Source: a virus (taxonomy: Duplodnaviria; Caudoviricetes). Taken from it: DNA of 29,372 nucleotides. The stretch lies in the IMG/VR virus record IMGVR_UViG_3300025892_000098, positions 1-29,372 of that record. One strand, 5' to 3'. The notes below the pieces were generated by a model. It searched no databases and was not told the origin of the DNA. It was given only the letters and a program-made list of their open reading frames with translations. Position numbers and translations under genes: made by a program. Below are positions 24,475 to 29,372 of the stretch, in pieces. Positions within the stretch are counted from its first letter, which is position 1. Each line of letters begins with the position of its first letter.

Positions 24475-26468
24475 TATACTCTTCCTCCGTTTTCTAATTT
24501 TTTCATCATACTATACATACGTTCAGCTCCTTTATCCACATCCCCGTCACCCATTCCTTTGACAGCGTCTGCAGTAAAAACAAATTCGTTATTTGATAAC
24601 ATCGCAGGGATGTCATCTTCTTTTTCTTTTACACCTACAGGAGGAATAAATCCACCTGTTTCTCTCATATCTAATTCTGTAATACCTTTAGGGTTTATAT
24701 TTATATCTAGCCCCTCGATTCCCGCTGCTTGCATCGCGTTTTCTTCAGGAGTGTCTGTACCAAAAGCGTAATTTACTCTACCGCCTGTTGCCAGGAATTT
24801 AGTACGTTGTCTTTCAATTTCGTCTCTCGCTGCTTCAATTGCTTCTTGTTGACTGAAACCATCCATCATAAACTCATCTACAAGTCTCATAAATTCTTGT
24901 ACGTAATCATCATCCATAGAAGCCATTTGTTTATCAGGTAAAGCTGGACCCGTAGGTTTAGGTGCAAAAGGATTAATTGGTTTTGTAGGGTCTGATGGTA
25001 ATGGTTGACCACTACTTATAAAATCATCAAACATTTCTTCTAATTCTATAATTTGATCATCAGATAAATCTCTTAAAGGTTTACCAAATGTTTGCATTGC
25101 CATCATTTCTAAAACTTGATCTCTTTCATCCATAGGGTCTGGGTTTGAAGCCATCATAATTCCTTCTGATCCGCTAGCATAATTCATTCTACCACCCATA
25201 GCTACTTCTTCTCTATCAAAGTTTGCATCTCTTAAAAGTGAAACCATTAATTTACCTAACCCTTTTTTGTCAGATATTTTTCTACTACCACCATCAGGAC
25301 TAAATTTTTTCAATGCTTTAAGAAATGGATTACTTGAGTTACCCATTTTACTTTCAAAAATTTTAATTACATCTTCCGGATCTGGAGCATTACCAGTGTA
25401 GTTTTGAGGTTCAAAAGTGTTTACAACTGATTTTCTCTTAAAAGGATTTCTACTTTTAAAGAAATCACCGCTATCAAATTTTGCTTTAAATACATTTAAA
25501 ATATCATCAGGAGTTACTGCTGATGCTTTTTCAAAATCGGGGTTTGGATTAACTGTATACGTAACCGCTTTACTACCTAAAAAATAATTCTCTCTTGGAA
25601 CACTCATTAGTCCACCGTCTGCTGCAAAGTTTCTGTATTCTATAGTTTTATCTTTAGCATACTGATCTCTTTCTTGTTGTGTATAAGGATTTTTTGTAGG
25701 GTCTCTTCTAGGATCAAACGGTCCATACTGTCTTAAATAACCTTCAACATTTTCTCCTCTTTTTCTCATAGCCTCTGCAAACTTAGCATCGTAACTATCT
25801 TGATCTTCATCAGGGAAAAACTTTTCTTTAATATAAGAAGCAATCATTGTTAAAGGTATTGTCTTACCAGGATCACCTAAAAATCTTCCGATGTCTCCCA
25901 TTTGAAATTTTTTGTCATCACCAAAAGCATATTCTTTTCCGTAATCTAGTATTTTACTACCTAAACTTTTAATTCCTCCACCACCGGTAATTTCTCCACC
26001 ACCTGTTCCCATTCCTGAAAGATCATACAATGGTCCATTGCTTTTCCCTAAAATGTCTGTAGCAGCGTTTTTACCACCGCCTTGAAATAAACTTGTGATT
26101 CCACTTAGAGTATCACTACCTAAAGCTTTAGCACCTTCTAAACCTTGACCAAAATAATTCCCCGTCCCTGGAATCATACCCACTAGTTTACCACCGCCAT
26201 ACATCATGGCACCTTGTTTTAACGCATCGCTAATACTTCCTCTTTGATCAAATCTACCAATACCACGCATTGCAGCTGCAAGACCTGGATTAAAAGGTGC
26301 AACAAATGGAGCGGCTTTGACTGCAATGTCTGCTAATTCATTAGGAATTAATTTACGAATTGATTCTTTTGCTTTTGCACCGCTTTTTAATTCGTTAGGT
26401 ATTATATCATCAACAATTTTGTCTTTTACGCCACGTAATTTTTTTTCGATTTTTTTAAAAAAACTCAT
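24474..26468 (-). CDS. Probable internal virion protein with repeated A-x-G-G motifs (664 aa)
   Basis: FAADGG, AMGGRMNYASG, ATGGRVNYAFG, ETGGF; C-terminal DDIPAMLSNNEFVFTADAV domain. Confidence 0.65.
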   Translation of the reverse strand: MSFFKKIEKKLRGVKDKIVDDIIPNELKSGAKAKESIRKLIPNELADIAVKAAPFVAPFNPGLAAAMRGIGRFDQRGSISDALKQGAMMYGGGKLVGMIPGTGNYFGQGLEGAKALGSDTLSGITSLFQGGGKNAATDILGKSNGPLYDLSGMGTGGGEITGGGGIKSLGSKILDYGKEYAFGDDKKFQMGDIGRFLGDPGKTIPLTMIASYIKEKFFPDEDQDSYDAKFAEAMRKRGENVEGYLRQYGPFDPRRDPTKNPYTQQERDQYAKDKTIEYRNFAADGGLMSVPRENYFLGSKAVTYTVNPNPDFEKASAVTPDDILNVFKAKFDSGDFFKSRNPFKRKSVVNTFEPQNYTGNAPDPEDVIKIFESKMGNSSNPFLKALKKFSPDGGSRKISDKKGLGKLMVSLLRDANFDREEVAMGGRMNYASGSEGIMMASNPDPMDERDQVLEMMAMQTFGKPLRDLSDDQIIELEEMFDDFISSGQPLPSDPTKPINPFAPKPTGPALPDKQMASMDDDYVQEFMRLVDEFMMDGFSQQEAIEAARDEIERQRTKFLATGGRVNYAFGTDTPEENAMQAAGIEGLDININPKGITELDMRETGGFIPPVGVKEKEDDIPAMLSNNEFVFTADAVKGMGDGDVDKGAERMYSMMKKLENGGRV

Positions 26469-26490
26469 GTTGTTATACCTTTTCTAGGCA

Positions 26491-26769
26491 CTAGCTAATT
26501 TGGTATGCTCTGATTAAATCGTCTTCAACTCGTCTATAAGTTACAAATTCACCTGAATTATTCGTACCCTTAATTAAAGCATTATCTATAGTTATTGTAT
26601 CTTGTGCAAGTTTTATAATATTTACTCTTTCATTTAAGTTAAGAGTAGCTGTATGAATATCAGTACCATCTCTACTAATTGTTAATGTTTGGTTATCTTC
26701 TGTTGCAAAAACTACAACGAAAGTTGATGAATCTATATTATCATTATCTGCATTTTCTATATTTATCAT
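26491..26769 (-). CDS. Hypothetical protein (92 aa), possible tail-fibre accessory
   Basis: AGGAG RBS; directly downstream of the tail-fibre-like genes. Confidence 0.6.
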   Translation of the reverse strand: MINIENADNDNIDSSTFVVVFATEDNQTLTISRDGTDIHTATLNLNERVNIIKLAQDTITIDNALIKGTNNSGEFVTYRRVEDDLIRAYQIS

Positions 26770-26780
26770 TTTATTTTCTC

Positions 26781-28001
26781 CTATTCAGTTAAATCAAAAA
26801 AGTATGCACTACACATCATATTTTGGTCATAAACAGCTAACATTGCACCTCTATTAACTCCTGGTAATTGACTTGTTAATCTAAATGTGTCATTAGTCAG
26901 CATTTGTACAGTAGTAGCACTAGAAGAACTATCTCCACTCTCATTTTTATAAAGTCTGTTATTTCCTAAATTGTAATTAGTATTATTCCTAAGATTCAAG
27001 TTTTTATCAAAGAAGAAATTCTTTTTAGTCTGCAAAAATCCTAAATTAGGATTTCCAGTTCCTAGTGAACCGAATGGTTGAACTATATAAGACTGTGAAG
27101 CACTACTGAAATCACCCATTACGCCACCTGGCCATGGCATCCTGTTACCGGTTCTAATAACTGACTTTTTAATTGCATTAAAAGATTTAGAGGATGTAAT
27201 AGTAAATTGAGTTGCTACTGGTGAACATTCTAATTGTGGCATAGCCAAGTGCCATTTACCGTTTCCAGCTGTGGCAAAATTTGAATTTAGACCAACTGCT
27301 CTTCCAGTATTGTCTGCAGATATATCTGTGTAAGAAGAATTTAATGTACCAGAAGTGTAATTTGTTCCACCTGCTAACCAAAAAGTAAGTACAAAGAACA
27401 TAAAACCATATGCTTGATCACCCATATTGGATGAAGAATATGCAGGGAAAGTTAATGTCTTTTTCTCCCAAGTGTCTGCAGAATTTATTGTATATTGTTT
27501 TGAACAAGCATATCTAAACTCGCTCGGTGGAAAACCTGAGGTGTAATAAGTATTACTTGATAGTTCGACTACATAAGTTCCAGCGACAGTGGATTTTACC
27601 CAAAATGAAAATGTCATTGGTGAACCTAAAGAAGTACCAAAATCAGGGTCCTGCATAGCAGCATCTTCAAAGGTAAATCCAGTGTGATATGCTAAGTGAC
27701 TATCAGTACGAAAATTCACAGTATTGTTGTTGGGGTTATTATTTATTTCAACTGGATTAACCTTTGGATAATTAGGTATACCGCTGTCCCCTTGAAAATT
27801 AAGGTGATTAATCTGACCATTTGTCATATTGTTAGATGACAAATTCCAAGCAAGAGTTTTAAATATTCTTTTATCTGAAGACGAAGAAGTATCCCAAGAG
27901 CTGTCAGCCCATTCACTTTCACTACTTTGATCTGGGTTCCATATTAAATTTCTTGAAGGGCTAGGACTTTTCAAGTTTTGCATTGAGCTATAAGTTGTCA
28001 T
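26781..28001 (-). CDS. Tail-fibre-associated protein with a carbohydrate-binding-like beta-sandwich (406 aa)
   Basis: RNLI.N, TFSFWVKS...GTY, YTINSADTWEKKTLTFP and QLE...VAT.F segments, as in marine phage fibre domains; AAGGAG RBS. Confidence 0.65.
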   Translation of the reverse strand: MTTYSSMQNLKSPSPSRNLIWNPDQSSESEWADSSWDTSSSSDKRIFKTLAWNLSSNNMTNGQINHLNFQGDSGIPNYPKVNPVEINNNPNNNTVNFRTDSHLAYHTGFTFEDAAMQDPDFGTSLGSPMTFSFWVKSTVAGTYVVELSSNTYYTSGFPPSEFRYACSKQYTINSADTWEKKTLTFPAYSSSNMGDQAYGFMFFVLTFWLAGGTNYTSGTLNSSYTDISADNTGRAVGLNSNFATAGNGKWHLAMPQLECSPVATQFTITSSKSFNAIKKSVIRTGNRMPWPGGVMGDFSSASQSYIVQPFGSLGTGNPNLGFLQTKKNFFFDKNLNLRNNTNYNLGNNRLYKNESGDSSSSATTVQMLTNDTFRLTSQLPGVNRGAMLAVYDQNMMCSAYFFDLTE

Positions 28002-28018
28002 TTATTTTATCTCCTTAA

Positions 28019-29371
28019 TTATATATTGGTTAGTAGCCAACCTTGAGTAGCGTCTGAATATACTAATGTATTTGAAGCTCTGTTTGTGTTGATTATTAAA
28101 TCAGAAGCGGACCCTTGAATGTTTTCTCCGTTTCTGCCGATTGTAATATTGTCTGTAGCTGCAGTTCCTGCATAGTCAACAAATGAAACTTCATCACCTT
28201 GAGTTGGAGATGCAGGTAAAGTTAAAGTTACTGCTCCACCAGATGTGTTTACAAAAAATCCTTGTCCTGCAGCTGCTGTAGTGTTTGTAGTTATGACAGA
28301 TTGCCATGATGTACCACCACCACCGCCGCCACCTGCAGCAAGAGTAATATCTGTACCATTAAATGTTAATACATCACCGCTAGTTGCGCCTGATTGTAAT
28401 CCAGGTATTCTTAATGAAGTAATGTTTGCATTACCTAAAGTAATTTCATTTGTTGAAGAACCGCTAGAAGGATCTGCTTGATTACCAATGCATATTACAT
28501 TGTTATTAGTTCTACCTGCTAGACCTGCCGCAGCACCAATAAATGTATTATTAAAACCACCATTTTGTAGTGAACCCGCACCTCTACCAAGACAAGTATT
28601 ATTACTACCATTTGTCTCAGCAGATAAAGCATCAACAGCAACAGCTGTATTATTATCACCAGTAGTAACAGCATCACCCGCATTATAACCTATAAAAGTA
28701 TTTAATTGAGCTGTGCTTGTCATTGATTGACCTGCTTGATTACCAAAACAAGTATTGGCAACTCCTGTTGGAAAAGGACCATCTAGTTTAATAGTACCAT
28801 TTGCTATGTCTAAGTTTCCAGTTCCAGTAATGCTGTTTGAATTTAAATCTAAGTTTCCACCAAGTTGAGGTGTTGTATCGTCTACAACGGCAGCGATTCC
28901 TGATGAAGCCGCAGTTTGAAAAGTAACATTTCCACCGCCGTCGGTTGTTAAAACTTGATTAGCTGTTCCATCTGAAGTTGGAAGCGTGTACGCTCCATTT
29001 ACATTAACACTTCCTGTTGTTTGAATACCTGTATTATTTGTAGAAAGTTTTATATTTCCATTATAATATAAATCTACACCAGCTGCTCCTTCAGGAGCGT
29101 TTATTATATTTGCAGTTCCAGCAGCGTTTTGAACAACTAAATTATTTGTGTTCATTATTAAACTTCCACCACCACTTTCTTTTATAAAAGAATGATTGCT
29201 TACGCTATCATGATAAATTCGTAAATCTGTTCCATCGCCAAATTTTGCTTCGTCATTATCAGCGAAATTAATATCGTGTCCATTAGATGCTAAATCACCA
29301 CCAAGTTCTGGTGTTGTATCATCAACAACTGCTGCAATTCCTGATGTATCTTCTTGAAAAGAAGGCGCAAC
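28019..29371 (-). CDS. Tail fibre protein (5' end outside the window)
   Basis: The frame stays open from the ORF-track Met at 29155 to the window edge (VAPSFQEDTSGIAAVVDDTTPELGGDL...). Contains LPTSDGTANQVLTTDG.G, ~17-aa NT..G..AG repeats and a C-terminal TLPASP..GD...D module. Confidence 0.88.
   Translation of the reverse strand, partial: VAPSFQEDTSGIAAVVDDTTPELGGDLASNGHDINFADNDEAKFGDGTDLRIYHDSVSNHSFIKESGGGSLIMNTNNLVVQNAAGTANIINAPEGAAGVDLYYNGNIKLSTNNTGIQTTGSVNVNGAYTLPTSDGTANQVLTTDGGGNVTFQTAASSGIAAVVDDTTPQLGGNLDLNSNSITGTGNLDIANGTIKLDGPFPTGVANTCFGNQAGQSMTSTAQLNTFIGYNAGDAVTTGDNNTAVAVDALSAETNGSNNTCLGRGAGSLQNGGFNNTFIGAAAGLAGRTNNNVICIGNQADPSSGSSTNEITLGNANITSLRIPGLQSGATSGDVLTFNGTDITLAAGGGGGGGTSWQSVITTNTTAAAGQGFFVNTSGGAVTLTLPASPTQGDEVSFVDYAGTAATDNITIGRNGENIQGSASDLIINTNRASNTLVYSDATQGWLLTNI
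28850..29341 (-). repeat. Duplicated tail-fibre module GIAAVVDDTTP(Q/E)LGG(N/D)L
   Basis: Copies at 28850-28900 and 29291-29341, differing mostly at synonymous positions. Confidence 0.8.
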
Positions 29372-29372
29372 A

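Noticed and set aside
623-28688. Short antisense or out-of-frame ORFs in the track (e.g. 623-820, 1298-1513, 2078-2308, 4980-5210, 6529-6744, 7222-7443, 7937-8209, 8240-8473, 8825-9070, 10157-10354, 11652-11870, 14183-14374, 15456-15644, 16302-16490, 18326-18562, 18984-19169, 19534-19731, 23160-23372, 23742-24146, 24463-24941, 28245-28688)
   Set aside because: All shadow better-supported genes and show no recognisable motifs; 8240-8473 and 18326-18562 are the antisense of real small minus-strand genes.
1-29372. tRNA, rRNA, integrase/att site, intron or intein, alternative genetic code
   Set aside because: No tRNA-like arms seen in the few intergenic gaps; no integrase motif; PolA and the helicases are uninterrupted and of normal length; genes tile the window under the standard code.

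Overview
A 29.4-kb AT-rich segment of a tailed dsDNA phage genome. Gene content and order suggest a marine alphaproteobacterial podovirus resembling SAR11 pelagiphages of the HTVC023P-like type; this host and taxon call is inference. Left to right: a truncated Holliday-junction-resolvase/VRR-NUC-like nuclease, a plus-strand terminase small subunit, a ~290-bp non-coding iteron region (probable origin), a PD-(D/E)XK exonuclease, small accessory genes (LAGLIDADG protein, zinc-ribbon proteins, an unlisted ribbon-helix-helix regulator, a 2OG-Fe(II) hydroxylase), a lysis-like block with an M15A peptidase, a replication block (Leu762-type PolA, DUF3310, UvrD-like helicase, AEP primase, SSB-like protein, SNF2 helicase, plus a sulfotransferase), four probable internal virion proteins and two tail-fibre-like genes. 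I found eight credible ORFs missing from the supplied track. The most striking unexplained signals are: (1) a perfect alphaproteobacterial Irr iron-control element (TTTAGAATCATTCTAAA) and an IHF-like site inside the iteron array; (2) strictly 7-bp-phased C(A/G)AG arrays inside coding sequence that face each other across terS and the origin; (3) a shared ATCCTA box over several sigma70 promoters, plausibly read by the RHH protein; (4) a Trp-rich cationic peptide and a metallothionein-like peptide at the head of the lysis block. All calls come from reading motifs by eye; no database searches were run.
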